NCBI GenBank assembly: GCA_018335035.1
Contig: JAGXKT010000002.1
Location: forward strand, 53,106-117,105
Direction: 5' to 3'
Source of the DNA: Phycisphaerae bacterium
GTDB taxonomy: Bacteria; Planctomycetota; Phycisphaerae; SM23-33
Length of the DNA stretch: 64,000 nucleotides
The notes under the pieces were generated by a model, which saw only the letters and a program-made list of their open reading frames with translations, was not told where the DNA came from and ran no database searches. This document shows positions 52,303-61,498 of this stretch, piece after piece. The position numbers were made by a program, and so were the translations under genes. Within the stretch, counting starts at the first letter, position 1. Each line of letters starts with the position of its first letter.

Positions 52303-53031
52303 CTACTCGACGCGTCCGATGCGGATATCCAGGTCCTCCCGCCGTTCGAGGCGATCCTTGGCGCCGTCCTTGATCCAGAGGATGCGGTCGGATCGGGCGA
52401 GCATGTTGTGGTCGTGCGTGGCGGTGATGACGGTGACGCCGTGGTTGTCGCACAGCCCGCGCAGCGTATTGATGATTTCCTCGCCGGTGTGGAGGTCGAG
52501 GTTCGCCGTCGGCTCGTCGGCCAGCATGATCGTCGGGTTCATCGCCAGGGCGCGCGCGATGGCGACGCGCTGCTGCTGCCCGCCGGACAGCTCGCCGGGC
52601 CGGTGGTCGAGACGATGACCGAGCCCGACTTCGGTGAGGACCTCGGCCGCCCGGTCGGCGGAGGCCCTGTGGTTGGCTCCGCTGAGCAATACGGGCAGCA
52701 TCACGTTGCGCAGGGCACTCAGCGCGGGAATGAGGTTGAACGCCTGGAAGATGTATCCGATGTGGTGATTGCGGATGTATGCCAGTTCCGCGCTGGACTT
52801 CTTCGTCAGGTCCACTCCCGAGATGGTCACCGTGCCTTCGGTCGGACGATCCAGCGCGCCGATCATGTTGAACAGCGTGCTCTTGCCCGAGCCGCTCGGA
52901 CCCATGACCGAGAGGTACTCACCGTGACGGACGTCCAGGTCCATGTCCCGCAGGGCGTAGATCTCCTGCCCGCCCATGCGGTAGATCTTGCTCAACTCGC
53001 GACACGCGATGATGACTTCGTTGCTGCTCAT
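52303..53031 (-). CDS. ABC transporter ATP-binding protein (LolD/MacB type)
   Basis: GPSGSGKST, IGYIFQAFNLI, LSGGQQQRVAIARAL, ADEPTANLD, ATHD. Confidence 0.95.
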   Translation of the reverse strand: MSSNEVIIACRELSKIYRMGGQEIYALRDMDLDVRHGEYLSVMGPSGSGKSTLFNMIGALDRPTEGTVTISGVDLTKKSSAELAYIRNHHIGYIFQAFNLIPALSALRNVMLPVLLSGANHRASADRAAEVLTEVGLGHRLDHRPGELSGGQQQRVAIARALAMNPTIMLADEPTANLDLHTGEEIINTLRGLCDNHGVTVITATHDHNMLARSDRILWIKDGAKDRLERREDLDIRIGRVE

Positions 53032-53038
53032 GATTTGC

Positions 53039-55060
53039 TCAGAACGGGATCTTGATAACCGCCTTGGCCAGGAAGTTCACGCCGACGCCCAGGACGGTCA
53101 CCAGACCCATGCCACAGGCGAAGCCGGCCGCGACGACCGGCACGTATTGGCGCCATTTCAGGCCCATCTTTCGTTCGAAATAGAACCGGCTGATCAGTGC
53201 GCCGATGAACTGCGGAATCACCACGTGCGGCAAGGTCTGGTTCAGCCCACGGACCACGCCGTAGACCAGCATGACCGGCAGGCGGATCATCCACAGGACC
53301 GCAAACAGCACCACGCCGAAGCCCAGGCCGCTGAGGAGGAAATCGGGGCGGAACGCCTTCTCGAACGCGCTGAACCGCCCCAGCGTGGAACTCTGGATAA
53401 TGCACTGGTTGGCCGCCCACAACTCCCACATCCGCTCGGCGAACGGATACTCCGGTCCGGGCACCGGCGCCATCGCCCAGATGAACTGGCTGAACAGCAC
53501 GGAGGAGACGATGATGATCGGCACCAGCAGCAGGTCCGTCTTCCAGATCGACCAGAACCGCGTGCCCGTCAGCTCCGCCTGGCGATAGAACATCGTCCGC
53601 CGGCCGTAATCGGCCACCGGAACCGGCAGGAACCACACGTCCACATCGCCGCTGTAGCCGGAGAGGATAAACGCCGCCTCCTTGACCATGGGCACCTGGA
53701 CGACCTGCCCGGCCATACCCTCCAGCCGTGCCGTGACGTAGCTGATCAGGGGCGTGTAGAGGAACGCGAAGAAGAACAGGACGGCCATCACGCCCGGATG
53801 CCAGTCGATCAGGAACCCGCTGACGACGATGTAGGCCGTTGAGGTGAACAGGTAGGCGCCGATGATGGCCCAGGTGGGCAGGTCGCCGCGTCCTTCGGGA
53901 ACCGTCGGCCCCGTTTCCTGAGACAGGCGCTGGTCGCGCTGCTCGCGGATCTGCTTGCGGCGCTTCCGAAGGGAGCGGAAGACCTGGTAGAAGCCGACCA
54001 GTGCCAAGGCCCCGGCTACGCCCAGTGTGAAGCTGAAGTAGAAGTCGATGTTCGCGCTGAACAGGGTCTTGACGGTGTCGTCGCCGGGCGACCAGGACTT
54101 GATGATGCCGGCGTTGTAGAGCGTCGGATTGAGGATGGCGGTGATGATGAAGCCCACGAAGCTGCCGACCATCGCGAAGAACGGCAGCACCATGCCGAGC
54201 ATGAACTGCCCGAGGTTGAGACTGATTCCCGTCGCTACGGCCGGCAGGATGTTCGCCGTCTTGGGCGTCCAGTCGGCAAACGGGATGGGCAGGATGGTGA
54301 TCGGCGTGTCGAACAGCGCGCCCGTCACAGCCGGCAGGGCCATATACACCGCCCCGAACGCCAGGCCCAGCACGCCGCCGATGCTGAAGATGCGCCATCG
54401 CCAGTTGCCTTCGCGGCTGCGCCCCTGGGCGGTTTCCTCCGTCTGCTGTTCGGCCAGGGCGGCGATGCCCTGCGCCCCGATCGGGGCCATGGGGAACGGC
54501 AGCTTCTCGATGTCGCTGGCCAGGCGGAACAGCCCGTAGGTCAGGAACGTCGAGTTGATCCGCCCCAAAACCGTGCGGAAGACGAACAGCCCGATGGCGG
54601 CGTACCAGGCGGGGTGGAAGAAGTTCCGCTCGGCCAGCACGTCGCGGTCGCTGGGGGCGACCCACCAGGGAATGTGCTCGGCGACGCCCATGCCGGTGGC
54701 CGCATTGGACGTGCGGAAGAACTGGAACCACAGCAGCCCCTTCATGGGCTGGTTCATCACCATCGCGCCGCCCATGGCGGCACCGGCCATGTAGAACAGA
54801 ATGAAGATTTCCGGCAGCTTCAGGCGTTTATGGGCGCGGCGTGCGACCTCGATGAACAGGATGACCGTGACCCACTGGGCGGCGGGGCCGACGCCCTGGC
54901 CCGCCAGCAGTTGCATGTACATCGCGCCGGGGACCATCAGCAGGGCGATGAACAGCGCGCCGACCAGAGAGGTCCAACTGAAGCCCTCGCCAAAGGTCGA
55001 GGGCACCTCCATCAGGGAGCGGTACTGTTCGATCTCACGGTCGTATCGGGTGGTGCTCAC
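53039..55060 (-). CDS. OPT (oligopeptide transporter) superfamily-like polytopic membrane protein
   Basis: Roughly 14-16 hydrophobic segments; EGFSWTSLVGAL...AMYMQLLAG and IEKLPFPMAP resemble OPT/YSL motifs; GTGA overlap with the upstream gene. Confidence 0.65.
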   Translation of the reverse strand: MSTTRYDREIEQYRSLMEVPSTFGEGFSWTSLVGALFIALLMVPGAMYMQLLAGQGVGPAAQWVTVILFIEVARRAHKRLKLPEIFILFYMAGAAMGGAMVMNQPMKGLLWFQFFRTSNAATGMGVAEHIPWWVAPSDRDVLAERNFFHPAWYAAIGLFVFRTVLGRINSTFLTYGLFRLASDIEKLPFPMAPIGAQGIAALAEQQTEETAQGRSREGNWRWRIFSIGGVLGLAFGAVYMALPAVTGALFDTPITILPIPFADWTPKTANILPAVATGISLNLGQFMLGMVLPFFAMVGSFVGFIITAILNPTLYNAGIIKSWSPGDDTVKTLFSANIDFYFSFTLGVAGALALVGFYQVFRSLRKRRKQIREQRDQRLSQETGPTVPEGRGDLPTWAIIGAYLFTSTAYIVVSGFLIDWHPGVMAVLFFFAFLYTPLISYVTARLEGMAGQVVQVPMVKEAAFILSGYSGDVDVWFLPVPVADYGRRTMFYRQAELTGTRFWSIWKTDLLLVPIIIVSSVLFSQFIWAMAPVPGPEYPFAERMWELWAANQCIIQSSTLGRFSAFEKAFRPDFLLSGLGFGVVLFAVLWMIRLPVMLVYGVVRGLNQTLPHVVIPQFIGALISRFYFERKMGLKWRQYVPVVAAGFACGMGLVTVLGVGVNFLAKAVIKIPF

Positions 55061-58000
55061 GCGTCCGACTCCTGTTCGTCATTCTGGCGGGTCAGCGTGT
55101 CTGGCGAGGTGGGGGCGATGTTGTCCGCGTCGATGTGTTCCACGGGTAACTCGTCCCACGATTCGAGCGTCTTGCGGCGATAGCTCTCCGTGACGTCTTC
55201 AGGCAGGGACCGCCAGATCAGCAGTTGCTTGCGCAGATCGTTGATGAACACGCGATTGCTGCGCTGCCAGTCGCCGTTGGCGCCGCTGATGCGGTAGATG
55301 AGGATGCGCACTTCGTCGATGCCTTCAATCTCGCTGGGGCGGCTCAGCAGAACGAAGCGCTGGTTGACGCCCAGATCGAACGGCGCCAGGGCGACGGTCG
55401 CGTCGAATGCGAGCATGTCGTTGTCCTGCTGGCGGAAGATGCGGCATCGCGTCGTGGCGAATTTGCCCAGCGAAGCGTCCCGATAATTGTCGAAGTGCTC
55501 CTTAAGGAAACTCACCACACCGGTAATGTCGTAGGCCGAAACCGTAAACGGGAATACCAGGTCGTAAAGGTTCCCGCTGGGCTTGGGGATGCGCCACTGA
55601 CGCTGAATCCCCGGATTCGCTGAGCGCGAGGCCTTCAGGGCGGGGTAGATCGTCGAGATCATCACCGTGCCCATCACGATCAGAATGGTTACGATCGCGT
55701 TGGTCGAACTGTAATTCATCGTCGGAACGGCGACGTAGCCCAATTCCCCGAGGAAGCCCAGAACGCGCGCGACGAGCTGGCCCAGCAGGTAGCCGCCCAT
55801 GCCCCCGACCACGGCGTAGATCGACGCCTCGGCGAAAAACAGTCCGGCCACGTGCGGCGGGGCCAGCCCCAGTGAACTGAACGTGTAGATCTCCTTCTCG
55901 CGGTCGGAGACGCTGCCCAGCATCGTCGCGAAAACGATCATGCCGCCGAGCACGACGGGAATAAACAGGTCGCGAACGCCGCTGGCCTCGGTCAGCGAGG
56001 TGAACAACAGGCGATGGACCGCGCCCTGCCGACCGGCATACGTCGGAATCTTGACGAGCTTGGCCGTCTCTTCGGCGATTTCCCGCAACGCGTCGGCCTC
56101 GTGCGGATAGAGGGTCATCGTGACGATCTTGTTGTCCATCTGACGCGCCGTCTCGGCGGGAATGACGGCAACCGTGTCCACGCCGTAGGGCAGGAACTGG
56201 GCGCTTTCGGCCTGGGTGGTCTCAAACAGCGAGGTGGTGGGTTCCTCCTCCAGCGCCTCGGCCGAGCCGCCCGCCGAACTCTGGTAGTTGACCGGCAGCG
56301 AGCTGGTGCCGTCGAGCATCGTGTGTCCGGACAGGGCATCGGCGACCCTGCCGGCGAAGATCACACGCTGGTCGCCCAGGCGGACGGGCGTGCCGATGTC
56401 GTCGTCGGTCAGCTTCAGTTCGCCGCAAATCGCAGTCGTGAAGAACGCCCCGCCCGCTTCCAGACGCCGGGCAAGCACCTCCTGGCGTGTCATTTCCGGC
56501 TTGTCTTCGGCCTGGCGTTGCCGGTTCTCATCCCGCTCGGCCTCGGTCAGCGCGAGGGGATCGAGCAGCCGCGCCAAGGCCGGCTGACGCATGACGTCCC
56601 GGGCGTCGAGGCCCACGGCCGCGTTGAGCAGCACCCGCTGGTCCGTGCCCGCGACGTTGGCCTGGAACTCGTGGGTCGTCCCGCCCTGCATGGCCTTTCT
56701 GGCTTCGGCGGCTGTGGGGGAGACCCAGTAGCGGGGGACGACATCGGCCTGTCCGCGGAAGCGCCCGCGCAGCATGTCGAACGTGCCGCGGGCGATGGGC
56801 CCGAGCAACTGGTTCCGGACGAGGATGCGCGGCGGACCGTTCAGCGGGCCCTCGTACGTCTCCCGGACGCCGTAACGCTTGCCGAACGAGGCGAACGTCA
56901 GGATGGTGAACGTCAGCAACACGACGGTGGCCGCGGTCAGGAATGTCCGCAGGGGGCGCCGCCGCATCGTCGAGATGCCCATGTTCACCGCGGCGAGCAT
57001 CGTGCTGAGCCGTGAGACATCGGCGCTGTGGACCGTGCTGGCCAGGCCTTGCATCCGCTTGATCTCCGTCTGGAGCTTGCGAACCATGATGAAAATCACC
57101 AGGCAGCTCAGCAGGATGATCGCGAACGCCAGGAAGATGACAATCGGTGTCGACGCGATGCGAAACGCCGGGTTGACGAAGTACAGCACCGCGAACGTCA
57201 TAACGAAGAAGACGGTGAACCAGCCGATTTGTCGGTAGATGTGCGGCGTGCCGACGAGCAGACGCTCCAGGGCGTAGGCGAACGGCATCGCCAGAAGCAG
57301 CAGCAGCACGACGGCCGTGATGAGGTCGTTCAGCGTGTCGACGATGGGGGGGTAGGCACAGCGGCTTATTGCCGCTGAGGACGCCGCATCGCCGGCGATC
57401 TTATCGGCCCAGTGCGTCCGTTCGATCGTTCGGTATTCCTCAGGCACGTCCTCGCCGAGCGGCGCGTCCAAGCCGTGCTGATCGAGCCACTTCCGTGCCT
57501 TCAACGCCTTGTCGAGGCGGTCGTCGGCATCCTGCCAGATCTCCATGAGCGACGGTTGCTTGATATGGTTCGCTTCCAGCAAGCCGAACAGGCGATAGCG
57601 GTTCAGGTTCAGCAGGTCCTCGGCCGTGGAGAACGGCGTGGACGGGTGGGCGAATTGGTCGGCGACGGTCATGCCGATGCCCTTGTGGCCCTTTTCGGTG
57701 TGCGAGTTGTTGAGGACGACGACGGCGGCCTTGTTGAAGACCTTCATGCCGTCGGCGTCGTAGGGGGCGTAGACGGTCACGATGTCGTCGAGCTCGCAGA
57801 CCAGGTGGCGATCGGCGCGGAACGGGGCCGTCGAGCGGGCCCGCATGGCCTTGGTGGCGATGTTGCGCCGGCGGAAGCCGTAGCCCACGAACGACAGGCC
57901 CCGGCAGTTGAACTGCACCACCTTCGACAGGTCGCCCTGAAGGACGGGGATGCTGTCCATTGCCGTCGCCGCCCGGATGATGCCACGCGACTGGTGCTGC

Positions 58001-60636
58001 TGCCTGGCTTCAGAGCCGGCCGTGATCGGCGGGCGGTCATAGCTGGCGGCGAAGACGACGCACTTCTCGTAGTAGTCCTGCAAGTGGACCGGCAGCGTGT
58101 ACGTGCCGTTGATGCTGGTCTTGGTCACCAGCAGGTGGTTGTAGCCCGGGGGCACCTTTCCCAGCGCGCCGACGTTCCACTGACCCTCGACCCAGGGCAC
58201 GACGGTGACCACGGCGTCGCGGACCGGCAGGTCGGCCATGGCGCTGCCCGCTCCGGCGCGCTTGATCGACGGGCCGGCGACGCGGTCCCTCTCGTCCCAC
58301 TCGGCTTCCGCGTAGCGGGGATCGGGCGCGACCTTGGACTTCATTGCGGCGAGGCGCCCCGTGTTCGCCAGCTCGCCGGTCAGCCGCCCCAACTCCCGCA
58401 CCTGCGGCGCCAAGCGGCCCAGGTCCATCGTTGGCAGCGTATCGACGGGCTGGCCCTCGCGCGCCCGGCGGTCCATGCTGGTGACGGCCACGACGTTCAA
58501 GACGCCGAAGATGCGCGCCGCGCTGCTCGCATCGGCGAATAGTGCCGGCGCAAACGTTCTGTTGGGGAACCGCCGCTTGAACGCGTCGTACTGGAGATGG
58601 TCGAAGGCGGTCGGGTCGGCTTCGTAGATCTCCTCGGCCACGTTGAACAGCACGTCGTACTCGCCTCGGGTGTCTCTGCCCAGCGGAAGGGAGTCGTCGC
58701 CGTGGACCAGCGCCCATTTCGTGCCGTCGTCGCCGAGGTTGACGCCGATGTGCAGAAGGACCGTATTGGCCGAGGTGCCGACGGCTTCGCGCAACGCCAC
58801 GCCCTGGCGCATGCGCTGCTGCGCCCGCTGAAGCACGTCACGTCGTTCGCGACACAAGCGGCGCGTGTGTACGGCGAGTTGATGGTAGCGCTGCGGCGTG
58901 CGCTCGAGCAGCGCGTCGCGGGTACGCTGTTCCTTGTGCCCCTCGAACATCTCGCGCCGCACGGCGACGTCGAGAATGTCACGCTCCTCGTGGAGGACGC
59001 GCTCGACACTGTTCCAGGCCAGGTCCTCGATGGACAGATCCCGCTCCTGTTCGGCCTTGTCGGCGATGGTCCGGTCGACGCGCTGAAGTTCCCTGTTCTT
59101 CTCGGCGATGCGCTGTGCGAGCCGATCGGCCTGCTCGCCCGCGTCGTCCGCCTGGTCGGCCTGCTGTTCCTGCAGGTCCGCGAGTTGCTCCTCGATCTTG
59201 TTCCTGTCCTGCCGAAGTTCGCGGAGATCGACGCGCAGCGGGCGGAGCTGCTCGAGTACTTCGCCGTCGATGTTCTGCGCTTCGTCGCGGAGTTGCAGCA
59301 GGACACGGTGGTGCCGGTCGAGATTCTTCGACTCCTCGCTGAAGATGTACAACCGCGCGATCTCGTCGGTCAGCGACTGGGGTACCTCCTCGCCGGCGGC
59401 GCGCAACTCCTCGAGCCGCTCGTGCTTGTCCCATCGCTCGATCATGCGGGCGGCGATCGCGTCCAGCGCCGACCAGAACCCCAGCTCGCGATCGTACATC
59501 TCAAGACGCTGTTCCAGCGTATCTTCGCCGACGCCCTTCATCTGCCGGTAAATGGCGCCGTAGAAGGCCCGCGCCCCGGCGAGGTTCTGCGCCACGCCGT
59601 CGAAGAAGCATACGATCACGTCTCGCTTGGGGCGGTCCTGGCTGAGCGTCTCGATGATCGACAGCAGGGCGGCACAGTTCGACGCCGGCCGGGCGCCGGC
59701 AGAGCGTTCCGGCACCTCCGAGTAACTGTCCAGGGGGGCCGACAGCAGCAGCGCCTGGGGGCGTTCGTCGCCGAATTCGGGGGTTCGACCCCGCAAAACG
59801 CCCACCACGTTCCGCCCGAGAAGCTCCCGCCATTCACAGGCCGCCTTAATGGTCACCTGCTGCGCATCGCGCAGGCCGATTCGCTCGGCGACGGCATGCG
59901 GCACGTAGAACCTCGGCAGGTTGGCCGGGACGTTGACGTGATGCCACGCCCGCCCGGCCGGGGTGTCGTCGTCCGGGCCGATGAAGATCACCGCCCGGGC
60001 CCCCAGCCCGAAGGCCGACAGCCAGCGATCCGCCGCATGGTAATCCATCACGACGATCTTGCCCTTGACCAGCCCCGGGTAGTCCTCCAGCTTGCCGCCT
60101 GCGACGTAGACGGCTTGGCCGGTCAGTCCCTCGGCCGGCGTGACCGACGCCTGCGTGACGTTCGGGCGGACGGGATGGATGTCGCCCATGCCGGCGACCT
60201 TTTGCCCGTCGATGTACAACTCGCACTGGGTCGTGACCGGCTGGACAACGGGGAACTCCTGGATGTAGACCTCGTCGATGCCGCTGGCCGTCAGCGCCTT
60301 CTCGACGTAGCGGCTGGCGCGGCGGCTGCCGTCTTCATAGCCGGCCAGACGGTGGGCGGCGCCGTCCATCAGCGCCCGCAGGTGCAACTGGAAGCGACGA
60401 TGGTCGGGCGCGGCATCCTCGGGGACGGCCTGACGTATGGTCTCGGTCCAGGCCTCGCGGTTCAGCCAGTCCCGCGCGGCGGCGCGCTGCCGGGGGGTGA
60501 TGCGGGCGGCCTCGACGGCGGCCTTGGCCGCTTTCTTCTGCTCCTCGGTCTGCTCGGCCGTCCCGCAGCCGGACAGGCCGGCACACGCGACGGTCGCTGC
60601 AAGGACCATGACGGCGGCTTTGAGCATCCTACGCAT
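55057..60636 (-). CDS. 1859-aa lipoprotein: PA domain + M28-like (pseudo)peptidase + coiled coil + TM block + MacB/FtsX permease
   Basis: Lipobox LSGC; LTGQAVYV...VKGKIVVMDY (PA); RNVVGVLRG...SAPLDS; MRRRPLRTFLT; MLGSVSDREKEI...SLGLAP..VAGLFFAEA; YPALKASR. Confidence 0.8.
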   Translation of the reverse strand: MRRMLKAAVMVLAATVACAGLSGCGTAEQTEEQKKAAKAAVEAARITPRQRAAARDWLNREAWTETIRQAVPEDAAPDHRRFQLHLRALMDGAAHRLAGYEDGSRRASRYVEKALTASGIDEVYIQEFPVVQPVTTQCELYIDGQKVAGMGDIHPVRPNVTQASVTPAEGLTGQAVYVAGGKLEDYPGLVKGKIVVMDYHAADRWLSAFGLGARAVIFIGPDDDTPAGRAWHHVNVPANLPRFYVPHAVAERIGLRDAQQVTIKAACEWRELLGRNVVGVLRGRTPEFGDERPQALLLSAPLDSYSEVPERSAGARPASNCAALLSIIETLSQDRPKRDVIVCFFDGVAQNLAGARAFYGAIYRQMKGVGEDTLEQRLEMYDRELGFWSALDAIAARMIERWDKHERLEELRAAGEEVPQSLTDEIARLYIFSEESKNLDRHHRVLLQLRDEAQNIDGEVLEQLRPLRVDLRELRQDRNKIEEQLADLQEQQADQADDAGEQADRLAQRIAEKNRELQRVDRTIADKAEQERDLSIEDLAWNSVERVLHEERDILDVAVRREMFEGHKEQRTRDALLERTPQRYHQLAVHTRRLCRERRDVLQRAQQRMRQGVALREAVGTSANTVLLHIGVNLGDDGTKWALVHGDDSLPLGRDTRGEYDVLFNVAEEIYEADPTAFDHLQYDAFKRRFPNRTFAPALFADASSAARIFGVLNVVAVTSMDRRAREGQPVDTLPTMDLGRLAPQVRELGRLTGELANTGRLAAMKSKVAPDPRYAEAEWDERDRVAGPSIKRAGAGSAMADLPVRDAVVTVVPWVEGQWNVGALGKVPPGYNHLLVTKTSINGTYTLPVHLQDYYEKCVVFAASYDRPPITAGSEARQQHQSRGIIRAATAMDSIPVLQGDLSKVVQFNCRGLSFVGYGFRRRNIATKAMRARSTAPFRADRHLVCELDDIVTVYAPYDADGMKVFNKAAVVVLNNSHTEKGHKGIGMTVADQFAHPSTPFSTAEDLLNLNRYRLFGLLEANHIKQPSLMEIWQDADDRLDKALKARKWLDQHGLDAPLGEDVPEEYRTIERTHWADKIAGDAASSAAISRCAYPPIVDTLNDLITAVVLLLLLAMPFAYALERLLVGTPHIYRQIGWFTVFFVMTFAVLYFVNPAFRIASTPIVIFLAFAIILLSCLVIFIMVRKLQTEIKRMQGLASTVHSADVSRLSTMLAAVNMGISTMRRRPLRTFLTAATVVLLTFTILTFASFGKRYGVRETYEGPLNGPPRILVRNQLLGPIARGTFDMLRGRFRGQADVVPRYWVSPTAAEARKAMQGGTTHEFQANVAGTDQRVLLNAAVGLDARDVMRQPALARLLDPLALTEAERDENRQRQAEDKPEMTRQEVLARRLEAGGAFFTTAICGELKLTDDDIGTPVRLGDQRVIFAGRVADALSGHTMLDGTSSLPVNYQSSAGGSAEALEEEPTTSLFETTQAESAQFLPYGVDTVAVIPAETARQMDNKIVTMTLYPHEADALREIAEETAKLVKIPTYAGRQGAVHRLLFTSLTEASGVRDLFIPVVLGGMIVFATMLGSVSDREKEIYTFSSLGLAPPHVAGLFFAEASIYAVVGGMGGYLLGQLVARVLGFLGELGYVAVPTMNYSSTNAIVTILIVMGTVMISTIYPALKASRSANPGIQRQWRIPKPSGNLYDLVFPFTVSAYDITGVVSFLKEHFDNYRDASLGKFATTRCRIFRQQDNDMLAFDATVALAPFDLGVNQRFVLLSRPSEIEGIDEVRILIYRISGANGDWQRSNRVFINDLRKQLLIWRSLPEDVTESYRRKTLESWDELPVEHIDADNIAPTSPDTLTRQNDEQESDA

Positions 60637-61477
60637 TCTCCTGGCCTCCGATGGAACCGGCCTCGACGGTGACTTCGTCGCGGTTGGCCAGACGTTCGAT
60701 CATGCCGTCGCGAATCCACATGATGCGATCGGCCATGCCGATCAGGCGATGGTCGTGCGTGACACACAGGACGGTCACGCCGCGCTCGACGTTCAACCGG
60801 CGCAGGATCTTGTGGATCTCGTCGCCGGTCTTGAGGTCCAGGTTGCCCGTCGGCTCGTCGCACAGCAACACGCTGGGCAGGTTTGCCATGGACCGGGCGA
60901 TCGCCGTACGCTGTTGCTGACCGCCGGACATCTCGATGGGCTTGTGAAACCAACGTTCCTTCAGGCCTACGAGGTCGAGCAGTTCGAGCCCGCGCTCGCG
61001 GGCCTCGTCGGCGTCGACGCCGGCAAACGCCATCGGAACGGTCACATTTTCCAGGCAGGTCATGTACTGAACGAGGTTGTACGTCTGAAAAATGTACCCG
61101 ATCTTGCGGCAGCGGAGAAACGCCAGCTCAATGGCGTTGAGTTGGGCGACGTCGACTTCGTCGATGAACACGCGGCCTTCGGTGGGGCTGTCCAACCCGC
61201 CGACCATGTTGAAAAACGTGCTCTTGCCCGAGCCGGAAGGCCCCAGAATGATGATGAACTCGCCGCGGTACAGTTCCACGTCGATGCCCTGGAGGGCGTG
61301 CGTGACGACTTCGCCCATCCGGTAGGACTTCTTCAGCCCGCGCGTGCGGATAATGACGGCGCGCTGCGAGGCGTCGTTCGCCTGCGGCGGCGTGTGGGAC
61401 TTCGGCGTCTGCGTCTCCGGTCCGGCGGGAATGTCCCGGGACGAGTCGCTCGGCAGGTTGGTGTCGGGGTCAGGCAT
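60629..61477 (-). CDS. Second ABC transporter ATP-binding protein (LolD/MacB type)
   Basis: GPSGSGKST, IGYIFQTYNLV, MSGGQQQRTAIARS, CDEPTGNLD, VTHD; start uncertain. Confidence 0.93.
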   Translation of the reverse strand: MPDPDTNLPSDSSRDIPAGPETQTPKSHTPPQANDASQRAVIIRTRGLKKSYRMGEVVTHALQGIDVELYRGEFIIILGPSGSGKSTFFNMVGGLDSPTEGRVFIDEVDVAQLNAIELAFLRCRKIGYIFQTYNLVQYMTCLENVTVPMAFAGVDADEARERGLELLDLVGLKERWFHKPIEMSGGQQQRTAIARSMANLPSVLLCDEPTGNLDLKTGDEIHKILRRLNVERGVTVLCVTHDHRLIGMADRIMWIRDGMIERLANRDEVTVEAGSIGGQENA

Positions 61478-61498
61478 TCCTGTGATCCACAAGCTCGA

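Noticed and set aside
50670-53031. mcsA/mcsB as part of the ABC-OPT system
   Set aside because: Same strand and only 77 nt apart, but mcsA has its own TTGACC-N18-TAGGAT promoter and a known separate function; linkage is unsupported without synteny data.
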